Source: Vibrio vulnificus CMCP6 (lineage in GTDB: Bacteria; Pseudomonadota; Gammaproteobacteria; Enterobacterales; Vibrionaceae). Taken from it: DNA of 32,000 bases. The notes beneath the pieces are model-generated. The model was not told the DNA's origin, ran no database searches, and saw nothing but the letters and a program-made list of their open reading frames with translations. Shown here piece after piece: positions 1-7,935 of this stretch (positions are counted from its first letter, which is position 1; every line of letters begins with the position of its first letter). The translations under genes and the position numbers were made by a program. Where the stretch lies: the NCBI RefSeq assembly GCF_000039765.1, contig NC_004459.3, forward strand, positions 480,001-512,000. Direction: 5' to 3'.

Positions 1-290
1 ATCTTATCGCACAAGTTAAACATCGCGCCCATGGCTGAGGAGAGCTGTACATCACCACCAATACCGCTCACTTTGGGCAAACGATCCAGCATTTCGCTGA
101 GTTTTGAACGTAGGTGAGTGACATCCACATTTAAGATGGTCAGCAGTGGACGAATAGGGCTGCCGTTTTGATCAAGCAGCGCCACCATTAAGTGAACAGG
201 TTCAATGTATTGATGATCGCGCCCTAACGCCAATGATTGTGCATCAGAGATAGCGATTTGAAATTTGCTGGTAAATCGATCAAGACGCAT
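1..290 (-). CDS. clpB: ClpB disaggregase chaperone, N-terminal part (gene runs off the left edge)
   Basis: Minus-strand ORF with ATG at 290-288. I translated it as [50 protein letters not shown]..., which closely parallels the E. coli ClpB N-terminus ([35 protein letters not shown]...). Sits in the same clpB-yfiH-rluD context as E. coli. Absent from the ORF track because it is truncated. Confidence 0.9.
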   Translation of the reverse strand, partial: MRLDRFTSKFQIAISDAQSLALGRDHQYIEPVHLMVALLDQNGSPIRPLLTILNVDVTHLRSKLSEMLDRLPKVSGIGGDVQLSSAMGAMFNLCDK

Positions 291-337
291 AGCTACCTTC
301 CTAACCTCAACTGAAGTAAATTCTTTAATCAGTATGA

Positions 338-372
338 AAGATGGCTACGCAAAAATCGTTTTTCAAGGGGGA
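338..372 (-). promoter_or_regulatory. Candidate sigma32 (heat-shock) promoter of clpB
   Basis: Minus strand reads TTCCCCCTTGAA-(15 nt)-AGCCATCTT. The sigma32 consensus is CCCTTGAA-N13-17-CCCCATNT. It lies about 40-80 nt upstream of the clpB ATG, and clpB is a classical sigma32 regulon member in E. coli. Confidence 0.5.
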
Positions 373-406
373 ATTAAAAACTAACGCTCGGTAAATTAAA
401 CTGACG

Positions 407-1123
407 TTATTCAAACCAGATAAAGCTCGCTTGACGTCCAGTGACACCTTCGCGACGGTAAGAATAGAAGCGTGAATCTTGATAGGTACACAATTCAGAA
501 GAGTAAATCGCCTCAACCCCTATTGAAGAGAGACGAATACGCGCCAGCTGATCCATATCAGCCAACCACTTATTTGGTGTGATATGAGTAGAAAACGCAT
601 TCACTGCTTGAGGGTGTTGTTGGCAAAAAGCCTCCACCACATCCTCTCCGACTTCAAAAGCCTGAGGACCGATCGCAGGGCCAAGCCAAATCAGCACATC
701 TTGTGAAAAGTGACGAAGTGCTTCCTCAACGATCCCGCCCGCCAAACCACGCCAACCCGCATGCACGGCGGCAACTTGCGTCCCTGAGGTATTGGTGATT
801 AAAACGGGTAAACAATCGGCAGTCATCGCACTGCAAACGACATCAGAGGAATGAGTAAAAACCCCATCAGCATCAAGGATTACTTCGGTTGGTCCTGTTG
901 CTTCAATCACCGTCGTAGAATGAGTTTGATTGAGCCAAATCGGTGCACTCGGCATCTGAGCCTGTTCGGCTAACCATTGACGATTTCTCATTACTATTGA
1001 AAAATCATCCCCAACATGTGTGCCTAAGTTCAAACCAGTGTAAACACCCGTCGAATAGCCACCTTGGCGAGTCGACGATAATGCTTTGACATTCTTAGGC
1101 GCAGGCCAGTTGGGGATAAGCAT
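407..1123 (-). CDS. pgeF: Peptidoglycan editing factor PgeF (YfiH, laccase/purine nucleoside phosphorylase-like DUF152 family)
   Basis: Translation (MLIPNWPAPKNVKALSSTRQGGYS...TADCLPVL...AAVHAGWRG...SYRR...GRQASFIW) aligns along its length with E. coli YfiH. Located directly downstream of rluD as in E. coli. The ORF track start at 1126 is a TTG abutting the rluD stop; the ATG at 1123 is more likely. Confidence 0.9.
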   Translation of the reverse strand: MLIPNWPAPKNVKALSSTRQGGYSTGVYTGLNLGTHVGDDFSIVMRNRQWLAEQAQMPSAPIWLNQTHSTTVIEATGPTEVILDADGVFTHSSDVVCSAMTADCLPVLITNTSGTQVAAVHAGWRGLAGGIVEEALRHFSQDVLIWLGPAIGPQAFEVGEDVVEAFCQQHPQAVNAFSTHITPNKWLADMDQLARIRLSSIGVEAIYSSELCTYQDSRFYSYRREGVTGRQASFIWFE

Positions 1124-1126
1124 CAA

Positions 1127-2104
1127 TCAGTACTCGTCTGGTAAACCATGCTCTTGTGCATCACGACGTAAAGTTTCAGTCAACTCAACCATATCGTCTG
1201 GCACCGGCGCATGGAACTCCATCTCTTCACCTGTGATCGGATGCTCAAAGCGCAGCATCACTGCATGAAGCGCTTGGCGATCAAAGTTTCGGATCATTGC
1301 CGTAACGTCTTCAGAAGCGCCCGCTGGAATTCGAGCACGCCCACCGTAAGCCGCATCACCTAATAATGGATGTTGTAGGTAAGACATATGCACACGAATC
1401 TGGTGAGTACGGCCAGTTTCAAGACGCAAACGGATACGCGTGTGCTCTCGGAAATGCTCCGCCACTCGGAAATGCGTCACAGCAGGCTTACCCATGGGGC
1501 TCACCGCCATTAAGGTACGTTTTGTTGCATGGCGGCCAATCGGTTTATCGACTTTGCCCCCCGCCGTCATTCGGCCAATGGCAATGGCTTCGTATTCACG
1601 CGTAATATTGCGTTTTTGAAGAGCACGCACCAAACGTGTTTGTGCCGGTACGGTTTTCGCCACAACCATCAGACCCGTGGTGTCTTTGTCCAAACGGTGA
1701 ACAATACCTGCACGCGGCACTTCCGCCACTTCAGGACAATGGAACAACAATGCGTTTAACACTGTACCGTCTGGCGTACCAGCCCCTGGGTGGACGACAA
1801 AATCACGAGGCTTATTGATCACTAAGATATCGTCATCTTCATAGACAATATCCAGTGGAATATCTTGCGCTTCCCAGCGCACTTCATCTTCCAGCTCGGC
1901 CAAAACAGTAATCACTTCCCCACCCATTACTTTCGTTCTAGGTTTGGTGACTACGTTACCGTCCACTGTGACTTTTCCGTCAAGCAACCATTCTTTCAGG
2001 CGCGAGCGAGAAAAGTCAGCGAACAACTCTGCGATAGCTTGATCTAGGCGTTGGCCTAATTGGCTATCTTTTACGGTATTTGTTAATTCAATCTGCTGAG
2101 CCAT
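1127..2104 (-). CDS. rluD: 23S rRNA pseudouridine(1911/1915/1917) synthase RluD
   Basis: 325 aa with an N-terminal S4 domain and the RluA-family catalytic motif HRLDKDTTGL. Divergent from bamD as in E. coli. Confidence 0.95.
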   Translation of the reverse strand: MAQQIELTNTVKDSQLGQRLDQAIAELFADFSRSRLKEWLLDGKVTVDGNVVTKPRTKVMGGEVITVLAELEDEVRWEAQDIPLDIVYEDDDILVINKPRDFVVHPGAGTPDGTVLNALLFHCPEVAEVPRAGIVHRLDKDTTGLMVVAKTVPAQTRLVRALQKRNITREYEAIAIGRMTAGGKVDKPIGRHATKRTLMAVSPMGKPAVTHFRVAEHFREHTRIRLRLETGRTHQIRVHMSYLQHPLLGDAAYGGRARIPAGASEDVTAMIRNFDRQALHAVMLRFEHPITGEEMEFHAPVPDDMVELTETLRRDAQEHGLPDEY

Positions 2105-2240
2105 ATCGAACTTTTTTAAAAACTGTGAGACTAATGCTCACTACTGTGGAAAAATAGTGTATTGCAACATTGTATCTGTTACTGACAAGAAAGTAACGGA
2201 AGCTTAAGAAATATTTAGAATCAAGGAATCGACTCCTGAC

Positions 2241-2966
2241 ATGAAACACCATACTTTAGCAGGCCTGCTCGCGGTATCAGTGTTGTTTGGCTGTTCAAGC
2301 AGTGAACAAATTGTGCCGGATGTGCCACCAGCAGAGCTGTATGCAGAAGCACAAACCTCTCTTCAAGGAGGAAACTGGCTCACAGCGATTGAGAAACTAG
2401 AAGCGCTAGATTCCCGCTACCCTTTTGGTGCTTACTCAGAACAAGTACAACTTGATTTGATTTACGCCTATTACAAGAACGATGATTTGGCTTTGGGTCT
2501 GGCGACCATTTCGCGTTTTACGCGTTTAAATCCAACACACGAAAAAATGGACTGGGTGCTGTACATGCGTGGTCTCACCCATATGGCACAAGATCGTAAC
2601 TTCATGCACGACTTGTTTAACATTGATCGTAGCGATCGCGATCCTGAGCCAGTCAAACAAGCTTTTGATGATTTCAAAAAACTGCTTGAGCGCTATCCAA
2701 ACAGCCCATATGCGGAAGATTCTCAAAAACGCATGTTTGCTCTTAAAAACCGTTTAGCAGAATATGATCTAGCAACCGCCGATTACTATCTGCGTCGTGA
2801 AGCTTGGATTGCAGCCATCAATCGTTCTCAGGAGTTGCAGAAAACCTATCCAGATACCATCGCTGCGAGAAAATCACTCAAAATCCAGCTTGAGGCGTAT
2901 AAACAATTAGGTTTACAAGATGCCATCGCACGCACTGAAGAGTTGATACGTCTGAATCCGCTCTAA
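2241..2966 (+). CDS. bamD: Outer membrane protein assembly factor BamD (YfiO), TPR lipoprotein
   Basis: 241 aa with a lipobox (LFGC) at the signal peptide end and TPR-like repeats. Strong resemblance to E. coli BamD and conserved divergent position from rluD. Confidence 0.93.
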   Translation: MKHHTLAGLLAVSVLFGCSSSEQIVPDVPPAELYAEAQTSLQGGNWLTAIEKLEALDSRYPFGAYSEQVQLDLIYAYYKNDDLALGLATISRFTRLNPTHEKMDWVLYMRGLTHMAQDRNFMHDLFNIDRSDRDPEPVKQAFDDFKKLLERYPNSPYAEDSQKRMFALKNRLAEYDLATADYYLRREAWIAAINRSQELQKTYPDTIAARKSLKIQLEAYKQLGLQDAIARTEELIRLNPL

Positions 2967-2988
2967 TGCCACGATGACAAGAAACACA

Positions 2989-3016
2989 AAACGCCGCTAT
3001 ACAGCGGCGTTTTTAT
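2989..3016 (+). terminator. Rho-independent terminator of bamD
   Basis: ACGCCGC-tataca-GCGGCGT stem-loop followed by TTTTT, 25 nt after the bamD stop. Confidence 0.8.
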
Positions 3017-3025
3017 ATGAATCAT

Positions 3026-3041
3026 AGTGACAAAGATCACA
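3026..3041. promoter_or_regulatory. Weak or distal CRP-like site
   Basis: AGTGA-caaaga-TCACA, one mismatch from the TGTGA-N6-TCACA core. It is about 211 bp upstream of the stronger site, and its function is uncertain. Confidence 0.3.
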
Positions 3042-3233
3042 AATCGATATTGGTTACTTTTTGATACAACTCGTTATTTAAGCTGAACAACTCCCCTGAA
3101 AACCAGTTGAATTTCAGCCATCTACTCTACCCAATCTACTGTTTTCCTATCGAAGCACAAGCTTTTTTCAAAGAAAAAACGACAAGGCTTGCGAAAGATC
3201 ACATTCCTCTTGAACAATAAAAAACGCCCACCA

Positions 3234-3255
3234 AAATGTGATTTATATCACACTC
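3234..3255. promoter_or_regulatory. cAMP-CRP binding site in the raiA promoter
   Basis: AAATGTGATTTATATCACACTC contains a perfect TGTGA-N6-TCACA core (3237-3252). A TAATCT hexamer (3273-3278) places the site near -41.5, a class II geometry. It is about 70 bp upstream of the raiA ATG. Confidence 0.6.
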
Positions 3256-3318
3256 TTTTATCCTTAAAATCGTAATCTGGAGTCAACCCATGAGGGATGC
3301 AACAGAGGAAACGCATTT

Positions 3319-3642
3319 ATGAAACTAAACATCACTGGTAAAAACATCGAAATCACCTCTGCTATCCGCAATCACATTGAGAGCAAATTTAAAAAGCTAG
3401 AAAAATGGCAAACCGACATTATTAGTTGTCAAACGACCTTTAGTGAAGAACCTGGAAAACAGATGAAGTTCGAGGCCGTGATTAAGGTTCCTAAAGGACA
3501 GCTAATTGCTTCCGCGATTCATGAAGATCTATACGCAGCCATCAACGAGGTGGAACAAAAACTAGAACGACAATTGAACAAACTGCAACATAAGCCTGAT
3601 GCACGTCGAGCTGAAAAACCAGAAGTCGTAGAAGAAGAGTAA
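3319..3642 (+). CDS. raiA: Ribosome-associated translation inhibitor RaiA (YfiA, pY; short HPF-family protein)
   Basis: 107 aa. The motifs KLEKWQT..., HEDLYAAINEV..KLERQLNKLQHK and the acidic tail match E. coli RaiA nearly motif for motif. Located upstream of pheL-pheA as in E. coli. GAGGAA Shine-Dalgarno 9 nt upstream. Confidence 0.9.
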   Translation: MKLNITGKNIEITSAIRNHIESKFKKLEKWQTDIISCQTTFSEEPGKQMKFEAVIKVPKGQLIASAIHEDLYAAINEVEQKLERQLNKLQHKPDARRAEKPEVVEEE

Positions 3643-3661
3643 TCAACAACCAGATTGAGGG

Positions 3662-3689
3662 AATGGCGCCAAAAGGCGCCATTTTTTTG
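3662..3689 (+). terminator. Rho-independent terminator of raiA
   Basis: AATGGCGCC-aaaa-GGCGCCATT perfect 9-bp stem followed by TTTTTTT. Confidence 0.85.
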
Positions 3690-3690
3690 C

Positions 3691-3719
3691 TTGACGCTCA
3701 ATGCTGGCTTGCTTATTGT
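3691..3719 (+). promoter_or_regulatory. Candidate sigma70 promoter for pheL-pheA
   Basis: TTGACG (3691-3696), 17-nt spacer, TATTGT (3714-3719), about 30 nt upstream of the leader ORF. Confidence 0.4.
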
Positions 3720-3748
3720 GTTCCCACATTCACAAAAGTTTACTATTT

Positions 3749-3796
3749 ATGCAAATCCACTCTCTGTTTAGTTTTGACTTCTTTTTTCTTCGATAG
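3749..3796 (+). CDS. pheL: pheA leader peptide (15 aa, MQIHSLFSFDFFFLR)
   Basis: My own translation of ATG CAA ATC CAC TCT CTG TTT AGT TTT GAC TTC TTT TTT CTT CGA TAG. Five of 15 codons are Phe, including a run of three. It sits between the promoter and an intrinsic terminator immediately upstream of pheA, the same architecture as E. coli pheL. Too short to appear in the ORF track. Confidence 0.65.
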   Translation: MQIHSLFSFDFFFLR

Positions 3797-3797
3797 C

Positions 3798-3870
3798 GGA
3801 GGGGCTAACTCGTTTGTGAAAGAAAAGTCAAAAACAAACAGAAAGCCTCCCACATCGGGGGGCTTTTTTA
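3798..3870 (+). promoter_or_regulatory. pheA transcription attenuator (antiterminator/terminator alternative structures)
   Basis: Terminator: AGCCTCCC (3844-3851) pairs with GGGGGGCT (3857-3864), followed by TTTTTT, 16 nt before the pheA ATG. The upstream segment GGAGGGGCT (3798-3806), which begins 2 nt after the leader stop codon, can alternatively pair with AGCCTCC. Confidence 0.7.
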
Positions 3871-3885
3871 TTAAGGAAATGAGCG

Positions 3886-5064
3886 ATGACTGAACAGCCA
3901 CTTTCTCTCGATGAGATTCGTTTGCGATTAAATGATTTAGATGACCAACTACTCAGCTTGCTCTCTGAGCGTCGCAAGCTCAGCATTGAAGTTGCTAAAA
4001 GCAAAGTTGAAACCTCGAAACCAGTCAGAGACGCCTCGCGTGAACAACAATTACTGGTAAAACTGATCACCAATGGCCGTGAGAAATATCAGCTCGACGC
4101 TCAGTACATCACCAAGCTGTTCCATACCATTATTGAAGATTCGGTGCTGCTACAGCAATCGTACCTGCAAAACCTGCTCAACCCTGAGCAGAGCAGAAAG
4201 CCTCTCGCTCGAGTCGCATTTCTAGGCTCTAAGGGCTCCTACTCGCATCTGGCAAGCCGTGAGTACTTTAGTCGCAAAAACACTGAACTGATCGAACTCA
4301 ATTGCGATCACTTCAAAGAAGTCACCCAAACCGTGGAATCGGGCCACGCAGATTTTGGCGTTTTGCCGATTGAAAACACCAGTTCAGGCTCGATCAACGA
4401 AGTTTACGATTTACTGCAACATACCACGCTCTACATCGTTGGCGAGCTGACGCAACCCATTGAGCATTGCCTAGTGGCCACCAAAGATGTGCGTCTCGAA
4501 GAAATAAAAGTGCTTTACTCTCATCCACAGCCTCATCAGCAATGCAGCGAGTTTTTGGGCCGTCTTAAAGGCGTTACCCTCAAATCGTGCGCGAGCACTG
4601 CCGATGCGATGAAGAAAGTACAAGAGCTAAACCGTGATGATGTGGCGGCGATTGGCAACGCATCCAGTGGCAAACTTTACGGGCTGCAACCGATTCAGGG
4701 CAACATCGCCAACCAAACGGAGAACCACACACGTTTTATTGTCGTGGCACGTAAGCCAGTTGAAGTGTCCGCGCAGATCCCAGCCAAGACCACACTGATC
4801 ATGTCTACCTCGCAAAAGGCGGGTTCGTTGGTGGAAACCTTGTTGGTGTTACAACGCTATGGCATCAACATGACCAAGCTAGAATCGCGTCCTATCATGG
4901 GCAACCCTTGGGAAGAAATGTTCTATGTCGATCTCGAAGCACATCTTGATTCTGAAGAGATGCAACTGGCCCTTGGAGAACTCACTAAGATCACCAAACA
5001 TCTGAAAGTGCTTGGTTGCTACCCAAGTGAAAACGTTAAACCCACCCAAGTTAAACTGAGCTAA
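3886..5064 (+). CDS. pheA: Bifunctional chorismate mutase / prephenate dehydratase (P-protein)
   Basis: 392 aa with an N-terminal CM_2 domain (LRLNDLDDQLLSLLSERRKLSIEVAKSK), a PDT domain and a C-terminal ACT domain (ESRP motif). Preceded by a Phe leader and attenuator. Confidence 0.95.
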   Translation: MTEQPLSLDEIRLRLNDLDDQLLSLLSERRKLSIEVAKSKVETSKPVRDASREQQLLVKLITNGREKYQLDAQYITKLFHTIIEDSVLLQQSYLQNLLNPEQSRKPLARVAFLGSKGSYSHLASREYFSRKNTELIELNCDHFKEVTQTVESGHADFGVLPIENTSSGSINEVYDLLQHTTLYIVGELTQPIEHCLVATKDVRLEEIKVLYSHPQPHQQCSEFLGRLKGVTLKSCASTADAMKKVQELNRDDVAAIGNASSGKLYGLQPIQGNIANQTENHTRFIVVARKPVEVSAQIPAKTTLIMSTSQKAGSLVETLLVLQRYGINMTKLESRPIMGNPWEEMFYVDLEAHLDSEEMQLALGELTKITKHLKVLGCYPSENVKPTQVKLS

Positions 5065-5073
5065 AAGTACAGA

Positions 5074-5625
5074 ATGAGCAAAAAGATCATGGCAACTCAA
5101 AAAGTCATTATTGCTTCGCTGAACCCAGCCAAAATCACCGCAGTGGAAAGCGCGTTCACAAGCGCCTTTCCCAACGGTACCTTTGAGTTTGTGGGAGTGA
5201 ATGTCCCTAGTGAAGTGGCCGATCAGCCAATGAGCGACAGCGAAACTCACCTTGGTGCTCTTAATCGAGTCAGAAATGCTAAGGCTTGCCGAGCAGACGG
5301 TGCATTTTATGTTGGTTTGGAGGCGGGCATTGATGGTAACGTCACCTTCGCTTGGACGGTGATTGAATCTCACACTCATCGTGGCGAATCTCGTTCAGCC
5401 AGTTTGATGTTGCCACCGAATGTCATTGCCAAATTGGCCAATGCAAACGAGCTGGGTGATGTGATGGATGAGGTGTTTGGCACCGAGAATATTAAACAAA
5501 AAGGTGGAGCGATCAGTTTATTGACGCAAAACCAGCTCACTCGTAGCTCGGTCTACCATCAAGCGTTAATCTTAGCCTTAATTCCTTTTACCAATCCTGA
5601 GCATTTCCCTGCCAATTTAAGCTAG
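5074..5625 (+). CDS. yjjX: Inosine/xanthosine triphosphatase, YjjX family NTPase
   Basis: 183 aa. NPAK...PEQP-like (SEVADQPMSDSET) and GLEAGIDG motifs match E. coli YjjX. Adjacent and convergent to trpR as in E. coli. The start could instead be the ATG at 5089. Confidence 0.85.
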   Translation: MSKKIMATQKVIIASLNPAKITAVESAFTSAFPNGTFEFVGVNVPSEVADQPMSDSETHLGALNRVRNAKACRADGAFYVGLEAGIDGNVTFAWTVIESHTHRGESRSASLMLPPNVIAKLANANELGDVMDEVFGTENIKQKGGAISLLTQNQLTRSSVYHQALILALIPFTNPEHFPANLS

Positions 5626-5642
5626 GATGGGAACTCAAGAGC

Positions 5643-5670
5643 AAAAAAGGCGGTATCAACCGCCTTTTTT
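5643..5670. terminator. Bidirectional terminator between yjjX and trpR
   Basis: AAAAAAGGCGG-tatcaa-CCGCCTTTTTT, a hairpin flanked by an A-run and a T-run. It overlaps the last codons and stop of trpR. Confidence 0.8.
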
Positions 5671-5964
5671 CGTCCCTTCCAATAACTGATTCAAGCGCGC
5701 TTTATCTTCATCTGACTTTAACTTCAGCTCATTGGAACCTCGAGTAATGGTCGCAATACCAACGCCCAACATTTGGCTGATTTGTCGCTGGGAAAGCTCG
5801 CCTTTCAATAACTCACGAACGATGTTCACTCTAGACACTAAAGCTTCACGTTCGTCAGGCGTCATCAGCATCGTCAATAACATATCATGCTGCTTTTGTT
5901 CGACACTGTGCTTGACCAAATCCACAATTTGTTGCCAGTCTGTATATTCTGGTTGTTGCGACAT
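5656..5964 (-). CDS. trpR: Trp operon repressor TrpR
   Basis: 102 aa. The motifs LMTPDEREAL..R..I..ELL.GE.SQR.I...LGVGIATITRGSN.LK are the diagnostic TrpR helix-turn-helix region. Located immediately downstream of slt as in E. coli. Confidence 0.93.
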   Translation of the reverse strand: MSQQPEYTDWQQIVDLVKHSVEQKQHDMLLTMLMTPDEREALVSRVNIVRELLKGELSQRQISQMLGVGIATITRGSNELKLKSDEDKARLNQLLEGTKKGG

Positions 5965-5979
5965 TACTCTTTACCTATC

Positions 5980-7935
5980 TCAGTATTTAGTCTCAAGCTC
6001 ATGCTGATTTAGGAACGCACCATCTACCCCGAGAATGTCTCGATAATAGGTTTCAAACATCAGGATATTTTGTACATACCCACGCGTTTCTTTAAATGGA
6101 ATGGCTTCAATGAACGCGTACGCATCCAATTTCCCGCCAGTACGTTCACGCCAGCTTTTTACTCGATGTGGACCTGCATTATAAGCGGCAAACGCAAAAA
6201 TTCGATTATTATCGTACTGTTCCAATAAACCATTGAGATAATGGCTGCCAATTTCGATGTTCTTACCGACTTGGTATAAGTCATCAGAACCTTCATAGCT
6301 CAATTGATACTTCTTTGCTGTGTACTTCGCAGTGGACGGCATAATTTGCATGATACCGCGAGCCCCCACAGGAGAGGTGGCTTCTGCGTCCATACCGCTC
6401 TCTTGACGGGCAAGTGACATCAACATGATAGGATCAATATCGTGCTTCTCAGCATAGAAGTTGAACCACCAGCGATGCGCCACCGGAAAACGAATTTCCA
6501 TGTTGTCCCACATTTGCGCCGCAATGCTGGCGGTCACCGTCAAATGATACCAACGCTTAGAGGCCGCATAGACCGCAAGCATGCCTTGAGTTTGTTCGTC
6601 ACTGCGAGATAACAGGTATTGCCACTCGCTTTTTGCCGCGGCAATTTTGTCTAGCGCAATCAATTCTTCGATACGCGCTAATGAACGACGATAAGGTTCA
6701 ACCAAGCTGCTATCCAACTTCAATGTGGAGGTAGGATAATTAATAGACTGCCCGATCTCTTTCGCTGCCGCGACACTATAAAAATTACGTTGGCCAACCA
6801 GTTTACTCAGTCGCAGCTTCCCTTGGGTTGCTTTGCCCATTTCAATTTCACTGCGCCCCAACCAATATTGCCAACGCAATGAGTTTCGATGTTCATCATC
6901 CAACTGAGCAACCCAGCTTTGCACGCCTTTCCAATCCGCCTGTTGTAACGCAAGACGAATTCGGCGCTCAATGAGGTTTTGCTTATGTGATTTTTTCAGC
7001 ACTGCATCACGCCACTGAGCCAGCGCTTCCGATTCGGTATTAATCAAACGGAAAGCCAAATATTCGGCCGATTCCTGAGCCTGTACCGATGAAAACTTTT
7101 GAGCTTTGATGACCTGTGCGTACTGCTCTTGAGCACGTTTGATATCTTTACGTGCCAGTTTCTCTAGTGCTAGCTCAGTTTGCTTACGATAAAATTCATT
7201 GGCTTTATGCTGCTTGGCAAACTCCAACACCGACTCAGGACGATTGAACAGCGCTTTCATCTCTTGGGCTTGCTTTTTCGCTTGGCTACTTTTCGGCAAT
7301 TTCAGCAAATAAGTCATTAACTTGCTGTTTTTCTGCTCAAACGCAAGCAACATACGTTGCAAAATCAGGTTGTCGGTTCGTCCTCCCGCCTGCTCCCAAA
7401 CCGTAAACAAATGATCACACTCATCCGCAATTTCTAATCCGCTTAGCCATAATTGCTCTGCGCCTTGATAGGCCAGTTTTTTCTGCCCTTGATTGTATTG
7501 CGCGTAGTAATAAATACATTGATAACTTTCGCCTCTCGGCTCTTGCTGCTGAAATGACACCACCTCAGACCATGCTTGTTGGCGATATAAAGCATCAAGA
7601 TATGGCGCGCGAATACGTTGGGAAAACGGGTAATCACGGCTTTGAGTGATAAATTGCTCCACTTCTGTTGGCGATTTTTTTGACAGCTGCGCCAGGAAAA
7701 AACGGTAATCGAGATAAGGCGTAAGAGCATAGTCGTCCAGTTGAGAACGCACTTGTACATAGGCCTCATCGTTTTTGTCATCCAACAGTTTTTGCGCTTG
7801 TTCATACAAGGCGCGCTGTTTTTCTAATGTCACCACATCCGCAGCACTGACATTCATCGCCACGCCACACAACGCTGCCATCAGCCATTTTGTGGCCGAC
7901 TCTCTCCCAATATTTTTTAAATTCATTCGCGTCAT
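5980..7935 (-). CDS. slt: Soluble lytic murein transglycosylase (Slt70 family)
   Basis: 651 aa with a signal peptide and a long superhelical U-domain. The C-terminal SLT domain carries the catalytic ES motif (ARQESGMD), then GIMQIMP and AYNAGP. Confidence 0.92.
   Translation of the reverse strand: MTRMNLKNIGRESATKWLMAALCGVAMNVSAADVVTLEKQRALYEQAQKLLDDKNDEAYVQVRSQLDDYALTPYLDYRFFLAQLSKKSPTEVEQFITQSRDYPFSQRIRAPYLDALYRQQAWSEVVSFQQQEPRGESYQCIYYYAQYNQGQKKLAYQGAEQLWLSGLEIADECDHLFTVWEQAGGRTDNLILQRMLLAFEQKNSKLMTYLLKLPKSSQAKKQAQEMKALFNRPESVLEFAKQHKANEFYRKQTELALEKLARKDIKRAQEQYAQVIKAQKFSSVQAQESAEYLAFRLINTESEALAQWRDAVLKKSHKQNLIERRIRLALQQADWKGVQSWVAQLDDEHRNSLRWQYWLGRSEIEMGKATQGKLRLSKLVGQRNFYSVAAAKEIGQSINYPTSTLKLDSSLVEPYRRSLARIEELIALDKIAAAKSEWQYLLSRSDEQTQGMLAVYAASKRWYHLTVTASIAAQMWDNMEIRFPVAHRWWFNFYAEKHDIDPIMLMSLARQESGMDAEATSPVGARGIMQIMPSTAKYTAKKYQLSYEGSDDLYQVGKNIEIGSHYLNGLLEQYDNNRIFAFAAYNAGPHRVKSWRERTGGKLDAYAFIEAIPFKETRGYVQNILMFETYYRDILGVDGAFLNQHELETKY

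Noticed and set aside
3663-3893. 76-aa plus-strand ORF spanning the raiA terminator, pheL and the pheA attenuator
   Set aside because: It begins inside the raiA terminator stem and reads through the attenuator terminator. The 15-codon pheL in a different frame explains the region far better.
4879-5379. 166-aa minus-strand ORF antisense to the pheA 3' end and yjjX, and similar long antisense or off-frame ORFs (for example 7443-7805, 13067-13456, 25042-25470, 26829-27146, 28729-29118, 29130-29471)
   Set aside because: They lie wholly inside strongly supported genes on the opposite strand or in another frame. Their composition is low-complexity or Arg/Ser/Cys-rich, typical of shadow ORFs, and they lack Shine-Dalgarno sequences and recognisable domains.
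5962-5990. TTACTCTTTACCTATCTCAGTAT around the trpR start, reminiscent of the E. coli trpR operator (GTACTCTTTAGCGAGTAC)
   Set aside because: The two ACT/AGT half-sites are about 5 bp too far apart for a TrpR operator, and the sequence overlaps the start codon rather than a promoter. The slt-trpR gap is only 15 bp, so any trpR promoter or operator must lie inside slt, and I could not find a convincing one.
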